From Sulfuritalea sp. (GTDB lineage: Bacteria > Pseudomonadota > Gammaproteobacteria > Burkholderiales > Rhodocyclaceae), in the NCBI GenBank assembly GCA_034376265.1, contig JAXMJU010000179.1:4664-68663 (forward strand): DNA of 64,000 bases, read 5' to 3'. The notes under the pieces are model-generated. The model ran no database searches. It worked only from the letters and a program-made list of their open reading frames with translations, and was not told where the DNA came from. The first letter of the stretch is position 1. Each line of letters begins with the position of its first letter. Below are positions 37,279-49,274 of this stretch, piece by piece. A program made the translations under genes and the position numbers.

Positions 37279-37785
37279 TCAGTTGAGCCCGTCGGGGCCG
37301 GATGAGAAGTAGCGCGGGTCGTCCGGCGTGCTTTGGGTCCCGCTCACGACACCCTGTGGATTGAAATGCACACTAAACGCATAGTCATACCTGCTCGTCT
37401 CGTCGAAATAGCGGTAGTCCCAGACCTGCTCGTTCCTGCGCTCGAAGTAGAGTTCGCGTGCCGGTGCGCCCAGCAACTGGCGCACCTCCTCACGCGTCAT
37501 GGTCCCGGAACGGATGCCGGCGAAGGTCTCCATATTCAGCACCTGGCGGATTTCGCGCAGGCGGCCATCGCTGCCCAGGCGCGCCATGTAGGTGTGCAGG
37601 CCTTGCGGTCCGCGCGGATATTCCCAAGTGGCGCCGCCGTCGGCTTCGTGCCAGATCGTGCCTGGTTCGCCCATGGCCGCGCGGACTTCGTCACCGCTGG
37701 CTCCGGGTCGCAATCCGGCGCCGTCATAGCCTGCGCACGCCGAGAGCGTCAGGCAAAAACCGTAAGCAATCCATTTCTTGCTCAT
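37279..37785 (-). CDS. Lipoprotein with SmpA/BamE-like domains
   Basis: Lipobox LSAC; WEYPRGPQG; MTREEVRQLLGAP..VWDYRY. Confidence 0.78.
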   Translation of the reverse strand: MSKKWIAYGFCLTLSACAGYDGAGLRPGASGDEVRAAMGEPGTIWHEADGGATWEYPRGPQGLHTYMARLGSDGRLREIRQVLNMETFAGIRSGTMTREEVRQLLGAPARELYFERRNEQVWDYRYFDETSRYDYAFSVHFNPQGVVSGTQSTPDDPRYFSSGPDGLN

Positions 37786-38086
37786 GATCGTTCCTCCACG
37801 CCGACCACCATTCGACCGGCGGCGAACGCGGCGAGTTCCCATGGGCCTTGCCGTGGCCGCGTGGCGGAACAACCGAGGACGCCTGTGGCGCCTGCCGACA
37901 AGGCGACGGCCGACGGAATATCTTCACGGCAAACAAGCCGCAGGATCGACACAATATTGTCGCTACTGCCCGAACCGGATGGGGGCAGTATGAAGCCTGC
38001 TTTGGGATATTCCGAAGAATCCGGACCAAGCGGCCATGACTCTCATGTGATGACTGTAGGCGACAGTCGTATGCGATTGAATCCGT

Positions 38087-38163
38087 TGGTCGGGGTGGAG
38101 GGATTCGAACTCTCGACATCTTGCTCCCAAAGCAAGCGCGCTACCGGGCTGCGCCACACCCCG
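38087..38163 (-). tRNA. tRNA-Pro (TGG)
   Basis: CGGGGTG acceptor; CTTGC-TTTGGGA-GCAAG anticodon arm; GTTCGAATC; CCA end; 77 nt. Confidence 0.96.
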
Positions 38164-38297
38164 AACGGGCGCAATTCTACCGAAGCCGCTCCATGACGGT
38201 CAATCAAATACCGTGATGGGGTATACAAATACCCGACTTGCGGTCAGCCCCCGTTTCGTTTATAAAGCCGGTTCTCCGAAAAAACGGACATTCTGCA

Positions 38298-38726
38298 ATG
38301 GCTGAAGATCTACTGCACAAGAAGCAATTTCCGCCCTACACCCCGAAGAAGGGTGAGGACTACATGAACGCCAAGCAACTTGGACACTTTCGCGACATCC
38401 TGGCCTCGCTGAAGGACGAATTGAGCGAGGATATCGAGCGCACCGTCCATACCATGCAGGACGAAGCGACGGTGTTTGCCGATCCCAACGATCGCGCCAG
38501 CCAGGAATCCGACATCGCGCTCGAGCTGCGGAACCGCGATCGCGAACGCAAGCTGATCAAGAAGATCGACGAGTCGATTGCCCGCATCGAAAGCGGCGAG
38601 TATGGCTATTGCGATTCCTGCGGCGTCGAGATCGGTCTCAAGCGTCTGGAGGCACGCCCCACCGCAACGCTTTGCATCGACTGCAAGACGCTCGAAGAGC
38701 ACCGCGAAAAGCAGGTCGGCAAGTAA
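38298..38726 (+). CDS. dksA: RNA polymerase-binding protein DksA
   Basis: YMN..QL; DPNDRASQE; CDSC..RLEARP..CIDC zinc finger. Confidence 0.96.
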   Translation: MAEDLLHKKQFPPYTPKKGEDYMNAKQLGHFRDILASLKDELSEDIERTVHTMQDEATVFADPNDRASQESDIALELRNRDRERKLIKKIDESIARIESGEYGYCDSCGVEIGLKRLEARPTATLCIDCKTLEEHREKQVGK

Positions 38727-38771
38727 TCCGCCAAGCCCGCCGATTACGCCCGCGGACGCAATGCCCGCCAA

Positions 38772-38801
38772 CAAAAAAGGACGCCGAGGCGTCCTTTTTT
38801 G
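38772..38801. terminator. Bidirectional terminator between dksA and pnp
   Basis: CAAAAAAGGACGCC-GA-GGCGTCCTTTTTTG. Confidence 0.9.
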
Positions 38802-38819
38802 CTGCATGCAAGCCGAGTC

Positions 38820-40934
38820 TTACTCGCCGGCCGCAGGCGCCGCTATTTCTGCGGCGATGGCCTTCATCGACAGGCGCACACGGCCCTTGTCGTCGGTCTC
38901 GATGACCTTGACCTTTACGATCTGGCCTTCCTTGAGGTAGTCGGCGACGGCATTCACCCGTTCGCTGGCAATCTGCGAAATATGCAGCAGGCCATCCTTG
39001 CCCGGCAATAGGCTGACGATCGCACCGAAATCGAGCAGGCGCAGCACGGTGCCTTCGTAGATGCGTCCGACTTCGACTTCGGCCGTAATGTCCTCGATAC
39101 GCTTCTTGGCGACCTGCGCAGCGTCGGCATTGACCGAAGAGATGGTGATCGAGCCATCGTCCTCGATATCGATCACGCAACCGGTTTCTTCCGTCAGCGC
39201 GCGAATCACGGCGCCACCCTTGCCGATCACATCGCGAATCTTTTCCGGGTTGATCTTGATGTGGATCATGCGCGGCGCGAAGGTGGAAACCTCCTCGCGA
39301 TGACCCGACATCGAGCCCTGCATCTTTTCCAGGATCAGCAAACGCGCTTCCTTGGCCTGAGCCAGCGCGACCTGCATGATTTCCTTGGTGATGCCCTGGA
39401 TCTTGATGTCCATCTGCAGCGCCGTGATGCCGCCTTCGGTACCCGCCACCTTGAAATCCATGTCGCCGAGGTGATCCTCGTCGCCGAGAATGTCGGTCAG
39501 CACGGCAAAGCGGGGACCGTCCTTGATCAAACCCATGGCGATGCCTGCGACATGCGCCTTGAGCGGCACGCCGGCATCCATCAGGGCGAGCGAACCGCCG
39601 CACACCGAAGCCATCGACGACGAACCGTTGGACTCGGTGATTTCGGAGACGACACGCATCGAATAACCAAATTCCTCCGGTGACGGCAGCACGGCGAGCA
39701 GCGCGCGCTTGGCCAGACGACCGTGGCCGATTTCGCGGCGCTTCGGCGTACCGACGCGGCCGGTTTCACCGGTGGCATAGGGAGGCATGTTGTAGTGGAG
39801 CATGAAGCGATCGCGATACTCGCCCTGCAGTGCGTCGATGATCTGCTCGTCGCGGCCGGTGCCCAGCGTGGCGATGACCAGCGCCTGCGTCTCGCCGCGG
39901 GTGAACAGCGCCGAACCGTGGGTGCGGGGCAGCACGCCGTTGCGGATCACGATCGGGCGCACGGTGCGCGTATCGCGGCCGTCGATGCGAGGCTCGCCGT
40001 TGAGAATCTGGCTGCGGACGATCTTTGCCTCCAGATCGAACACGGTGTTGCCGACCAGGTTCGAATCGGGCGGGTTGTCGACACCGTCGGTCAGGGCGGC
40101 AATGGTCTGCTTGGTGATTTCACGGGTCTTCTGCGTACGATCCTGCTTGCTGGTGATGCGATAGGCCTCGCGCAATTGGGCTTCGGCCAGTTCGGCGACG
40201 CGCGCGATCAGCGGCTCGTCCTTTGCCGGCGGCTGCCAATCCCATTCCGGCTTGCCGGCGACTTCCACCAGTTCATTGATGGCCTTGATCGCGGCCTGCA
40301 TCTGCTCGTGACCAAACACCACGGCACCCAGCATGATCTCTTCGGAAAGCTGCTTGGCCTCGGATTCGACCATCAACACGGCGGCCTCGGTACCGGCGAC
40401 CACCAGATCCAGTTGCGTGTTTTCCAATTGGGTCTTGGTCGGGCACAGGACGTACTTGCCATCGATGTAACCGACGCGGGCGGCGCCGATCGGGCCGCTG
40501 AACGGGATGCCGGAAATAGCCATGGCGGCCGACGCACCGAGCATCGCCGGAATATCCGGATCGATCTCGGGGTTGCACGACATCACGGTACACACAACCT
40601 GCACTTCGTTGTAGAACGCGTCGGGAAACAGCGGACGCAAGGGGCGATCGATGAGGCGGCAGGTCAGGATTTCCTTTTCCGACGGACGTCCCTCGCGCTT
40701 GAAGAAACCGCCGGGGATGCGGCCGGCGGCGTAGGTCCGCTCCTGGTAGTCGACGGTCAGGGGGAAGAAATCCTGTCCGGGTTTGGCGTTACGTGCGCCG
40801 ACCACCGTCGCCAGAACGACGGTGTCATTCATGGTGACCATGACCGCGCCGCCAGCCTGGCGGGCGATTTCGGCAGTTTCCAGGGTTACGGTGTGTTCAC
40901 CGTAAGCAAAACTCTTCTTGATTGGATTCAACAC
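38820..40934 (-). CDS. pnp: Polyribonucleotide nucleotidyltransferase
   Basis: [36 protein letters not shown] and S1 domains; start GTG 40934 or TTG 40931. Confidence 0.98.
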   Translation of the reverse strand: MLNPIKKSFAYGEHTVTLETAEIARQAGGAVMVTMNDTVVLATVVGARNAKPGQDFFPLTVDYQERTYAAGRIPGGFFKREGRPSEKEILTCRLIDRPLRPLFPDAFYNEVQVVCTVMSCNPEIDPDIPAMLGASAAMAISGIPFSGPIGAARVGYIDGKYVLCPTKTQLENTQLDLVVAGTEAAVLMVESEAKQLSEEIMLGAVVFGHEQMQAAIKAINELVEVAGKPEWDWQPPAKDEPLIARVAELAEAQLREAYRITSKQDRTQKTREITKQTIAALTDGVDNPPDSNLVGNTVFDLEAKIVRSQILNGEPRIDGRDTRTVRPIVIRNGVLPRTHGSALFTRGETQALVIATLGTGRDEQIIDALQGEYRDRFMLHYNMPPYATGETGRVGTPKRREIGHGRLAKRALLAVLPSPEEFGYSMRVVSEITESNGSSSMASVCGGSLALMDAGVPLKAHVAGIAMGLIKDGPRFAVLTDILGDEDHLGDMDFKVAGTEGGITALQMDIKIQGITKEIMQVALAQAKEARLLILEKMQGSMSGHREEVSTFAPRMIHIKINPEKIRDVIGKGGAVIRALTEETGCVIDIEDDGSITISSVNADAAQVAKKRIEDITAEVEVGRIYEGTVLRLLDFGAIVSLLPGKDGLLHISQIASERVNAVADYLKEGQIVKVKVIETDDKGRVRLSMKAIAAEIAAPAAGE

Positions 40935-40950
40935 GACAATTCCTTTCAGC

Positions 40951-40990
40951 AAAAAATAAAAGCCGGCACAGCCTTCACGGCTGCACCGGC
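40951..40990 (-). terminator. Hairpin plus U-tract between rpsO and pnp
   Basis: Minus strand GCCGGTGCAGCC-GTGAA-GGCTGTGCCGGC followed by TTTTATTTTTT. Confidence 0.7.
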
Positions 40991-41070
40991 CTGATCAGCA
41001 AGCCTGCGCAGTAAGGGCGCACAGTGCATCGCGCGTGGCAATGTCCCGGACCGGCGCTTGGGCGAGAAAA

Positions 41071-41340
41071 TTACTTGCGCAGACCAAGGCGCTCGATCAG
41101 CGAACGATAGCCGTCTGCGTTCTTGCGCTTCAGGTAATCCAGCAACTTGCGGCGCTGGCTGACCATCATGAGCAGGCCGCGACGTGAATGATGATCCTTG
41201 GTATGTGCCTTGAAATGACCCGTCAGGTCATTGATGCGCGCCGTGAGAAGCGCCACCTGAACTTCGGGAGAGCCGGTGTCACCCTGGGCACGCTGGTAGT
41301 CGGTGACGATCTTGGCTTTGTCGGTAGTAGAAATTGCCAT
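41071..41340 (-). CDS. rpsO: 30S ribosomal protein S15
   Basis: [27 protein letters not shown]. Confidence 0.98.
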   Translation of the reverse strand: MAISTTDKAKIVTDYQRAQGDTGSPEVQVALLTARINDLTGHFKAHTKDHHSRRGLLMMVSQRRKLLDYLKRKNADGYRSLIERLGLRK

Positions 41341-41441
41341 TGTGGTTTCCTTGCTGATCCTGTGATGTTGGGCTCTTGGAGAACCGCGAATTATAGCGTT
41401 CTGAATGTATTCTGATCAAGCATTAAGCGCTATTTCCTTAC

Positions 41442-42371
41442 CTAGGCACCCGCGACCAGCCGCTGCGCTTGCAGCCAGCCGTCGGCGGCTTGCCGGCAGA
41501 TTCCGATAAAGCAGTGTTCCGCGTCATAAACGCGCAATCGGCTGCCCTCCTCGCCCGACCAGCGAACCGCCTGGCCGTGCCTCAATCGGGCCGCATCGGC
41601 CGCATCGAGTTGGGCTTCGGCCAGACTGGCCAGCAGGGCATCGGGCGGCAGCAGCAGGCCATCGCGTGCCTCGGCTGTCATTGCTTCGAGCGTTGGCAGC
41701 GAATACGCCTGGACGACGCCCAGCACGCCGATGCCGGTGCGGCGCAGGGCCGCCAGATGCGCGCCGCAGCCAAGGCGATCACCGATGTCGGCAGCCAGGG
41801 TTCGCACATAGGTTCCCTTGCTGCAATGAACTTCGAAGACAAAGCGGCCGTTGGCAAAATCAGCTTGCCCGGCCAGCAGGCGCAGTTCATGGATGCAGAC
41901 GCGCCGCGCCGCGCGCTCGACTTCGATTCCGGCCCGGGCATACTCGTAAAGCGGCTTGCCGTCGCGCTTCAGCGCCGAATACATCGGCGGCACCTGGTCG
42001 AGTTCGCCGACAAAGGCCGCCAATGCAGCCTCCACGTCGGCCAGGCTGCTGGTTACCGGACGGCGCTGCAGCACGCTGCCTTCGGCATCCGCGGTGTCGG
42101 TGGTAAGCCCGAGTTGCACCGTCGCCACATAGCGCTTGTCGGCATTGAGCAACTCACCGGAAAATTTTGTCGCTTCGCCGAAACACAAGGGCAGCAGGCC
42201 GGTCGCCAGGGGATCGAGCGTTCCGGTATGGCCGGCCTTTTCGGCACGATAGAGGCGACGTGCCGCCTGCAGGGCGTGATTCGACGAAATGCCGATGGAC
42301 TTGTCCAGCAGCAGCACGCCGTCGAGCTTGCGGCGCGGAACTTTGCCGGCCTTTGCCTGCACCGTGCTCAA
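41442..42371 (-). CDS. truB: tRNA pseudouridine55 synthase
   Basis: GVLLLDK; KAGHTGTLDPLATG; PPMYSALK; SKGTYVRTL. Confidence 0.97.
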   Translation of the reverse strand: MSTVQAKAGKVPRRKLDGVLLLDKSIGISSNHALQAARRLYRAEKAGHTGTLDPLATGLLPLCFGEATKFSGELLNADKRYVATVQLGLTTDTADAEGSVLQRRPVTSSLADVEAALAAFVGELDQVPPMYSALKRDGKPLYEYARAGIEVERAARRVCIHELRLLAGQADFANGRFVFEVHCSKGTYVRTLAADIGDRLGCGAHLAALRRTGIGVLGVVQAYSLPTLEAMTAEARDGLLLPPDALLASLAEAQLDAADAARLRHGQAVRWSGEEGSRLRVYDAEHCFIGICRQAADGWLQAQRLVAGA

Positions 42372-42781
42372 TCGTCGTGCAGCTTCTTGTCGGACTCCAC
42401 CGCCTCGTCGATCAGCTTGGACAGACGCGAGCCCTCCTGCACCGAGGGGTCGAAGACGAAATGCAGCTCGGGTACATGATGAATGCGAATCCGGCGGCCC
42501 AGCTCGCGGCGCAGGAAGCTGGCAGAGTGCTGCAGGCCCTCGGCGATCATCTCGTTGTCCGCTGGATCGGTCAGGGATGTGTAGAACACCTTGGCATGGG
42601 CATAATCGGCAGTCACCTCGACCGCGGTCAGCGTAACCAGCGTCAGCTTGGGCGCGATGCGCAGATCCTTGAGATGGAAACGCAGCAGATCCGCCAGTTC
42701 GCGGCGGATCTGCTCGGCAACGCGGTCAGAGCGCGCATAACCGTGACCTGCGCCTTGACATGAGCCGCGTCGGGTGGCCAT
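42368..42781 (-). CDS. rbfA: Ribosome-binding factor A
   Basis: RSDRVAEQIRREL; AKVF; PELHFVFD. Confidence 0.96.
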   Translation of the reverse strand: MATRRGSCQGAGHGYARSDRVAEQIRRELADLLRFHLKDLRIAPKLTLVTLTAVEVTADYAHAKVFYTSLTDPADNEMIAEGLQHSASFLRRELGRRIRIHHVPELHFVFDPSVQEGSRLSKLIDEAVESDKKLHDD

Positions 42782-42787
42782 TGCGGA

Positions 42788-45505
42788 TCAGGTCAGGGTG
42801 CGGGCGATTTCCTGAACCTCGAACACCTCGAGCTGATCGCCCTCGTTGATGTCATTGAAGTTCTTGAGGCTCAAACCGCACTCAAAACCTTCCTTGACTT
42901 CGCGGACATCATCCTTGAAGCGCTTGAGAGAATCCAGTTCGCCCGTGTGCACCACCGTGTTGTTGCGCAGCACCCGTACCGAGGCGTTTCGTTTGACGAT
43001 GCCGGACAGCACCATGCAACCGGCGACGGCGCCGATGCGGGAAATCCGGAACACCTGGCGAATCTCGACCAGGCCGAGAACGACTTCCCGCTTTTCAGGC
43101 GCCAGCATGCCGGACAAGGCAGCCTTCACTTCGTCCACGGCGGCATAAATGATGTTGTAGTAGCGGATGTCGACGCCCAGGCTTTCGGCGGCCCTGCGCG
43201 CGCCGACGTCGGCACGTGTATTGAAGCCGATGACCACGGCCTTGGAGGCCGCCGCCAAGTTGATGTCGGATTCGCTGATGCCGCCGACACCGGCGTGTAT
43301 CACGCTGACCTTGACTTCGGCCGTGGACAGTTTGTTCAAGGACTGCACCAGGGCTTCCTGCGAACCCTGTACGTCGGCCTTGATGATCAGGGGCAAGGTC
43401 CTGATTTCGCCTTCGGCCATCTGCTCGAACATGTTCTCCAGCTTGGCCGCCTGCTGTTTGGCCAGTTTGACGTCGCGGAACTTGCCCTGGCGGAACAAGG
43501 CGATTTCGCGCGCCTTGCGCTCGTCGAGGAGAACCATGCTTTCGTCGCCGGCCGCCGGCACATCGGTGAGGCCCTGAATCTCGACCGGGATCGAGGGGCC
43601 TGCCGCATCGATCGACTTGCCGTTCTCGTCGATCATGGCACGTACGCGTCCAAACACCGCCCCCGCCAGCAGCACATCGCCGCGACGCAGCGTGCCCGAC
43701 AGCACCAGGATGGTCGCCACCGGGCCTTTGCCCTTGTCCAGGCGCGCTTCGATCACCAAACCCTTGGCCGGCGCATCCACCGGTGCCGTGAGTTCCAGCA
43801 CCTCGGCCTGCAGCAGCACCTGTTCCAGCAAGGAGTCGATGCCTTCTCCGGTCTTGGCCGAGACGCCGACAAAAGGCGAGTCTCCACCGTATTCTTCCGG
43901 CACCACGCCTTCGGCAACCAGTTCCTGCTTGACTCGTTCCAGGTTCGCATCGGGCTTGTCGATCTTGGTCACGGCCACGATCAAGGGTACGTTGCCCGCC
44001 TTTGCATGATGAATGGCTTCCTTGGTCTGCGGCATGACGCCGTCGTCGGCGGCGACCACCAGGATGACCAGGTCGGTCGCCTTGGCGCCGCGCGCACGCA
44101 TCGCCGTGAAGGCCTCGTGGCCCGGCGTGTCGAGAAAGGTGATCATGCCGCGCGGCGTTTCGACGTGATAGGCGCCGATATGCTGCGTAATGCCGCCCGC
44201 CTCGCCATGCGCGACACGGCTCTTGCGGATGTAGTCGAGCAGGGAGGTCTTGCCGTGGTCGACGTGACCCATGACGGTGACCACCGGTGCACGCGGCAAC
44301 TGCTCGACATCCTTGTGCTCGCCTTCGTCGGCGAGGAATGCATCGGGATCGTCGAGCTTTGCGGCAAAGGCCTTATGCCCCATTTCCTCGACCAGGATCA
44401 TGGCGGTTTCCTGATCGAGCACCTGGTTGATGGTGACCATGGAGCCCATTTTCATCAGTGTCTTGATGACCTCGGTGGCCTTGACGGTCATCTTGTGCGC
44501 GAGATCGGCGACGGAGATCGTTTCCGGGACATGCACATCGCGCACGATTGCCTCGACCGGCTGCTGCGGCTGCATTTCTTCGGCATGGCCGTGACGGCCA
44601 TGGCGGCCACCGCCCTTGGAACCGCGCCAACCCGACGTGCCGGCGTCGCCGCGAGTCTTGATGGCGCGACGCTTGGCGGCATCGTCCTTCCAGGCGTCCT
44701 TCTTCGCGGGCTTGGCCTTGCCGTCTTCGGGCTTGGCGGCCGGCTTGTGTATGGTGCCGGAGACGCCTGCGGCGGCGGCGGCCTCCTTGGCCTTCTTGGC
44801 TTCTGCGGCGGCCAGCAGCGCCGCCTGCTCGGCCAGGCGCGCCTCGGCTTCGGCGCGTGCACGGGCTTCGCGTTCGTTCTTTTCCTTGAACTCTGCCGCC
44901 TGGATCGCGGAAAGCTTGCCCTGGCGCTTCGATTCCGCTTCACGCAAGGCGCGCTGGGCAGGGTCGATCACGGACCGGGTCACCGATGCCGGCTTGACGA
45001 TCGGTGCTTCCGCCACAGGCGCTTCGACCACGGGAGCCTCGACCACGGGAGCCTCGGCCACCACGGGAACGGGAACCGGAATTTCGACAACCGGAACGAT
45101 CTCGACCACCGGCGCTACGGGCTCCGGAGCTGCGACTGCGACAGGCTCCTGCGTCGCGACAACTTCGACGGGAGCCTCAACCGCGGCTTCTGCCGCCAGT
45201 TCGCTGGCATCGCGTTTGACGAATACGCGCTTCTTGCGCACCTCAACCTGAATCGTCCGCGCCTTGCCAGTGGAATCCGAGGCCCTGATCTCGCTGGTCT
45301 GCTTGCGGGTCAGGGTGATCTTGGCCTTGGGCGCGGTTTCGCCGTGCGACTTGCGCAAGTAATCGAGCAGTCGCGTCTTGTCCTGTTCCGACAGGGTGTC
45401 ATTGGATGCCTGCTTGGTGACGCCGGCCTTGGCCAGCTGCTCAAGCAGGGCCGGCGCCGGCATTTTCAGCTCGGTCGCAAATTGGGAAACAGTCATCAAA
45501 GCCAT
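42788..45505 (-). CDS. infB: Translation initiation factor IF-2
   Basis: [31 protein letters not shown]. Confidence 0.98.
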   Translation of the reverse strand: MALMTVSQFATELKMPAPALLEQLAKAGVTKQASNDTLSEQDKTRLLDYLRKSHGETAPKAKITLTRKQTSEIRASDSTGKARTIQVEVRKKRVFVKRDASELAAEAAVEAPVEVVATQEPVAVAAPEPVAPVVEIVPVVEIPVPVPVVAEAPVVEAPVVEAPVAEAPIVKPASVTRSVIDPAQRALREAESKRQGKLSAIQAAEFKEKNEREARARAEAEARLAEQAALLAAAEAKKAKEAAAAAGVSGTIHKPAAKPEDGKAKPAKKDAWKDDAAKRRAIKTRGDAGTSGWRGSKGGGRHGRHGHAEEMQPQQPVEAIVRDVHVPETISVADLAHKMTVKATEVIKTLMKMGSMVTINQVLDQETAMILVEEMGHKAFAAKLDDPDAFLADEGEHKDVEQLPRAPVVTVMGHVDHGKTSLLDYIRKSRVAHGEAGGITQHIGAYHVETPRGMITFLDTPGHEAFTAMRARGAKATDLVILVVAADDGVMPQTKEAIHHAKAGNVPLIVAVTKIDKPDANLERVKQELVAEGVVPEEYGGDSPFVGVSAKTGEGIDSLLEQVLLQAEVLELTAPVDAPAKGLVIEARLDKGKGPVATILVLSGTLRRGDVLLAGAVFGRVRAMIDENGKSIDAAGPSIPVEIQGLTDVPAAGDESMVLLDERKAREIALFRQGKFRDVKLAKQQAAKLENMFEQMAEGEIRTLPLIIKADVQGSQEALVQSLNKLSTAEVKVSVIHAGVGGISESDINLAAASKAVVIGFNTRADVGARRAAESLGVDIRYYNIIYAAVDEVKAALSGMLAPEKREVVLGLVEIRQVFRISRIGAVAGCMVLSGIVKRNASVRVLRNNTVVHTGELDSLKRFKDDVREVKEGFECGLSLKNFNDINEGDQLEVFEVQEIARTLT

Positions 45506-45515
45506 GCCCTACCTC

Positions 45516-46997
45516 TCATTCTTCTTCGGCGAACCAGTGGGCACGCGCAACAGTAATCAGCGCCGTCGCCCGCTCGGCATCGATGCCGGTCATTTCCATC
45601 AACTCGTCGGTTGCCAGGTCCGCCAATGCATCGCGGTCGGTAACGCCGTTCTTTGCCAGCTTCGCCGCCAGCGGCTTGTCCATGCCCTCGAGCGACAGCA
45701 GGTCGTCGGCGACCTTCTCCATCTGCTCTTCGTCGACGATGGCTTCGGTCAGCAGCACGTTGCGTGCGCGCTCGCGCAGCTCGGTTACCGTGGCCTCGTC
45801 GAAGGCGTCGATTTCGAGCATTTCCGCCAGCGGCACGTAAGCGATTTCCTCGAGTGTCGAGAAACCTTCCTCGATCAGGATGTTGGCCACCTCCTCGTCG
45901 ACGTCCAGCTTTTCGACGAACAGGGCGCGGATCGAGCTGTGTTCGGTTTCGGAGCGCTTCTGCGACTCTTCGATGGTCATCAGATTGATGGTCCAGCCGG
46001 TCAGTTCGGAGGCCAGACGCACGTTCTGTCCGCCGCGACCGATGGCGATCGCTAGGTTGTCCTCATCGACCACGACATCCATCGCATGCTTTTCTTCGTC
46101 GACCACGATGCTCTGCACTTCGGCCGGCGCCAGCGCACCGATAACGAACTGGGCCGGATCGGCCGACCAGAGGATGATGTCGACTCGCTCACCGGACAGC
46201 TCATTGGTCACCGCCGTGACGCGCGACCCGCGCATGCCGACGCAAGTGCCGATCGGATCGACCCGTGGATCGTTGGACTTGACGGCAATCTTGGCGCGCA
46301 TGCCGGCATCGCGGGCGGCGGCCTTGATTTCGAGCAGTCCGTCTTCGATCTCGGGAACCTCGAGTTCGAACAGCTTCATGATGAACTCGGGTGCGGTGCG
46401 CGACAGGATCAGTTGCGGGCCCCGCGCCTGACGATCGATTTTCATCAGCCAGGCCCGCACGCGGTCGCCGGGACGCAGGTTTTCCTTGGGAATCATCTGG
46501 TCGCGCGGCAACAGCGCCTCGATGCGGCCGGCCTCGATGATCGCGCTGCCGCGCTCCATGCGCTTGACGGTACCGCTGACGAGGAATTCCTTGCGATCGA
46601 GGAAGTCATTGAGCAACTGCTCGCGCTCGGCATCGCGGATCTTCTGCAGGATCACCTGCTTGGCGGCCTGGGCGCCGATGCGGCCGAAATCGATGGGCTC
46701 AAGCCCTTCCTCGATGAAGTCTTCGAGCACGATGTCCGGAATCTGCTTTTGCGCGGCCGTCAGGCCGATCTGCAGTTCGGGATTCTCGACCATGTCGTCG
46801 GGCACCACCAGCCAGCGGCGGAAGGACTCGTATTCACCGGTTTCGCGATCGATATCGACGCGCACATCGGCTTCGTCGTTGGTACGCTTCTTCGTCGCGG
46901 ACGCCAACGCCATTTCAAGGGCGCCAAAGACGATGTCCCGCGGAACATTCTTTTCGCGGGCCAGGGCATCGACCAACAGCAGCAATTCACGGCTCAT
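45516..46997 (-). CDS. nusA: Transcription termination factor NusA
   Basis: [34 protein letters not shown]. Confidence 0.98.
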   Translation of the reverse strand: MSRELLLLVDALAREKNVPRDIVFGALEMALASATKKRTNDEADVRVDIDRETGEYESFRRWLVVPDDMVENPELQIGLTAAQKQIPDIVLEDFIEEGLEPIDFGRIGAQAAKQVILQKIRDAEREQLLNDFLDRKEFLVSGTVKRMERGSAIIEAGRIEALLPRDQMIPKENLRPGDRVRAWLMKIDRQARGPQLILSRTAPEFIMKLFELEVPEIEDGLLEIKAAARDAGMRAKIAVKSNDPRVDPIGTCVGMRGSRVTAVTNELSGERVDIILWSADPAQFVIGALAPAEVQSIVVDEEKHAMDVVVDEDNLAIAIGRGGQNVRLASELTGWTINLMTIEESQKRSETEHSSIRALFVEKLDVDEEVANILIEEGFSTLEEIAYVPLAEMLEIDAFDEATVTELRERARNVLLTEAIVDEEQMEKVADDLLSLEGMDKPLAAKLAKNGVTDRDALADLATDELMEMTGIDAERATALITVARAHWFAEEE

Positions 46998-47016
46998 GTG
47001 AGTCCTCCAGCATTAA

Positions 47017-47478
47017 TCAGAACTTCGGCACCAGGCGCGCCCGATCGATATTCTCGAGCGCAAACCGATGCTGTGTTTCATTCACCCGCAGGCAGACCAT
47101 TTCCACTCCGCCCTCTTCCTGCAATCCTTCAAGTGCACCGCTGAAATTGCGCTGATTGCCCAGCGGAACACGCAGCTTGATCTGCACCTCGTGCCCGGCG
47201 AAGCGGCGGTAGTCCGCCGGCTTGACCAGCGGACGATCAAGTCCGGGAGAGGAAACTTCGAGGCGGTCATAGTCGACGTTCTCGACCATGAACACGCGGC
47301 TGAGCTGGTTGCTCACGATGGAGCAGTCCTCGACGCTGATACCGCCCTTGTCCGCCGCGGCACCTTCCGGCCTGTCGATAAAGACGCGCAGCAGCCGAGC
47401 CCGCGGACTGGTTTCGAATTCAACCAGTTCGTAGCCCAAACCCGTAACAGTCGTCTCAATCAAATCAAGCAGTTGCAT
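47017..47478 (-). CDS. rimP: Ribosome maturation factor RimP
   Basis: LRVFID; EDC; LEVSSPGLDRPL. Confidence 0.96.
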   Translation of the reverse strand: MQLLDLIETTVTGLGYELVEFETSPRARLLRVFIDRPEGAAADKGGISVEDCSIVSNQLSRVFMVENVDYDRLEVSSPGLDRPLVKPADYRRFAGHEVQIKLRVPLGNQRNFSGALEGLQEEGGVEMVCLRVNETQHRFALENIDRARLVPKF

Positions 47479-47522
47479 ACAAACTCACACACTCGCCACA
47501 CGAATACAGCGCACAAATAGAA

Positions 47523-47542
47523 AATGGGCCAAAAAGCCCATT
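47523..47542 (-). promoter_or_regulatory. rimP leader hairpin (GGGC..GCCC)
   Basis: Minus strand AATGGGC-TTTTTG-GCCCATT followed by TT, about 45 nt upstream of rimP. Confidence 0.55.
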
Positions 47543-47599
47543 CCTTCTCTCTCTCCCGAGAACGGTGCCAACCAAAGGCTAAAGATTATAGCAGAGGCC

Positions 47600-48736
47600 T
47601 CATTTCTCTGCCAAATCAATTCGATCGCCATCAAGGTCATCACCGTCTAACCCGTCTTCACCATCGAAGTCTCCGGCGAATTCGCCAGGTGCCGTGGTCT
47701 TGCGCTCGGCCGGCAGCAACTTCAATAATTCCTGCACCTCGCCCTGCTCCAGATCGCGGCACTGGCCGCGCTTGAGCCGCGGCGAAAGATGTACCGGGCC
47801 GTAACGGACGCGCATCAAACGACTGACCACCAGCCCTACCGCCTCGAACATGCGCCGCACTTCGCGATTGCGCCCCTCGGACAGAACCACGCGATACCAG
47901 CGATTGGCGCCTTCGCCGCCGCCTTCGGCGATCAGGCTGAAACTGGCGAGGCCGTCTTCGAGTTGAATGCCGCTGCGCAGGCGTTCGAGCATTTCGGGGG
48001 TCGCCTCGCCCAGCACGCGCACCGCGTATTCGCGCTCGATTTCATAGCGCGGATGCATCATGCGATTGGCGAGATTGCCGTCGTTGGTGAACAGCAGCAG
48101 CCCGCAGGAATTGAAATCCAGGCGGCCGATGGATATCCAGCGCCCGCTCTTGAGCCGCGGCAGCTTGGCAAACACGCTGGGGCGACCGTCCGGATCGTCC
48201 CTCGAAACGATCTCGCCCTCAGGCTTGTGATAGACCAGCACACGCGGCAGGCGCAACTGGAACTTGAGCTGCGCGAGCTTGCCATTGACGCGGATCTTGT
48301 CCTCCGGGCCGACGCGCTGGCCGACATGCGCCGGCAGGCCATTGACGCTGACACGGCCGGCGACGATCCACTGCTCGAGCTCGCGCCGCGAACCGAAGCC
48401 GGCATCGGCCAGCGCCTTGTGCAGTTTGGGCGGATCGATGAAGACGGCTTCGGTGCGCCGCCTGGCGTGAGCCGGCAAGGACGAACCGCCGCGAATGCGC
48501 GGCGCCGCTTCGGCCTGAAGCCGCGGCGAACCTTGCGGCGGCCGGAAGGGACTAGCCTTGCGCGATGGGCGGTTCGGCGAGCCCTTGCGGTTCCCGCTCG
48601 GAGAGGAGGAGTTGCCCGTCGGCGGGTTCGCCTGGTTGCCGTTCTGTTGCTTGCCCTGCGCCTGGGTGGCCGAGGTCCGGCTGTTCGGAGCCCGCTGCCG
48701 GGATCGGGGAGGCTTCGGCGATTGCGGTTTGTCCAA
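47600..48736 (-). CDS. rluB: 23S rRNA pseudouridine2605 synthase RluB
   Basis: S4 domain [44 protein letters not shown] start uncertain. Confidence 0.93.
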   Translation of the reverse strand: MDKPQSPKPPRSRQRAPNSRTSATQAQGKQQNGNQANPPTGNSSSPSGNRKGSPNRPSRKASPFRPPQGSPRLQAEAAPRIRGGSSLPAHARRRTEAVFIDPPKLHKALADAGFGSRRELEQWIVAGRVSVNGLPAHVGQRVGPEDKIRVNGKLAQLKFQLRLPRVLVYHKPEGEIVSRDDPDGRPSVFAKLPRLKSGRWISIGRLDFNSCGLLLFTNDGNLANRMMHPRYEIEREYAVRVLGEATPEMLERLRSGIQLEDGLASFSLIAEGGGEGANRWYRVVLSEGRNREVRRMFEAVGLVVSRLMRVRYGPVHLSPRLKRGQCRDLEQGEVQELLKLLPAERKTTAPGEFAGDFDGEDGLDGDDLDGDRIDLAEK

Positions 48737-49274
48737 GATCGATCACCCTTTCAATTTCAGTCAATGGCGGCAGTTCGGTGAGACTGCGCAAGCCGAGGTC
48801 ATCGAGAAACTTTCTTGTCGTTGCATACAGCGCCGGGCGCCCCGGCGCATCGCGATGCCCCACGGCATCGATCCAGCCACGCCCTTCCAGCACCTTCAGT
48901 ATGTTCGGCGATACTGCCACGCCCCGCACATCTTCGATGTCGCCACGCGTCACCGGCTGGCGGTAGGCGATGATCGCCAGCGTTTCCATCACCGCCCGCG
49001 AATACTTGGGCGGCTTGTCGTTCTTCAGCCGATCGATGTAGGACTGATATTCGGGGCGGGTCTGGAAGCGCCAGCCGGATGCCAGTTGCACCAGCTCCGC
49101 GCCGCGATTGGCCCAGTCACGGCGCAAGTCATCAAGCAGTGTACGCCAGGTATCGTCGTCGAACTCTTCGTCGAACAGCTTTTTCAGCTCGGCCAGCGGC
49201 AAGGGTTCGGCCGCCACCAGCAGCGCGGTTTCCAGTACGCGCTTGTAGTCTTCTGGTTTATATAGCGGCAGCAT
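48552..49274 (-). CDS. scpB: SMC-Scp complex subunit ScpB
   Basis: [32 protein letters not shown]. Confidence 0.95.
   Translation of the reverse strand: MLPLYKPEDYKRVLETALLVAAEPLPLAELKKLFDEEFDDDTWRTLLDDLRRDWANRGAELVQLASGWRFQTRPEYQSYIDRLKNDKPPKYSRAVMETLAIIAYRQPVTRGDIEDVRGVAVSPNILKVLEGRGWIDAVGHRDAPGRPALYATTRKFLDDLGLRSLTELPPLTEIERVIDLGQTAIAEASPIPAAGSEQPDLGHPGAGQATERQPGEPADGQLLLSEREPQGLAEPPIAQG

Noticed and set aside
38098..38114. A-C mismatch in the tRNA-Pro T-stem suggesting a pseudo-tRNA
   Set aside because: All other arms and the CCA end are intact; a single mismatch is tolerated
45005..45070. Short VVEAP repeats in infB (and AAQV repeats in scpA)
   Set aside because: Ordinary low-complexity linkers, not a CRISPR or mobile repeat
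42947..45556. 869-aa + strand ORF and similar long antisense ORFs over pnp, trpS, abmA and nfeD
   Set aside because: GC-rich antisense shadows of well-recognised genes
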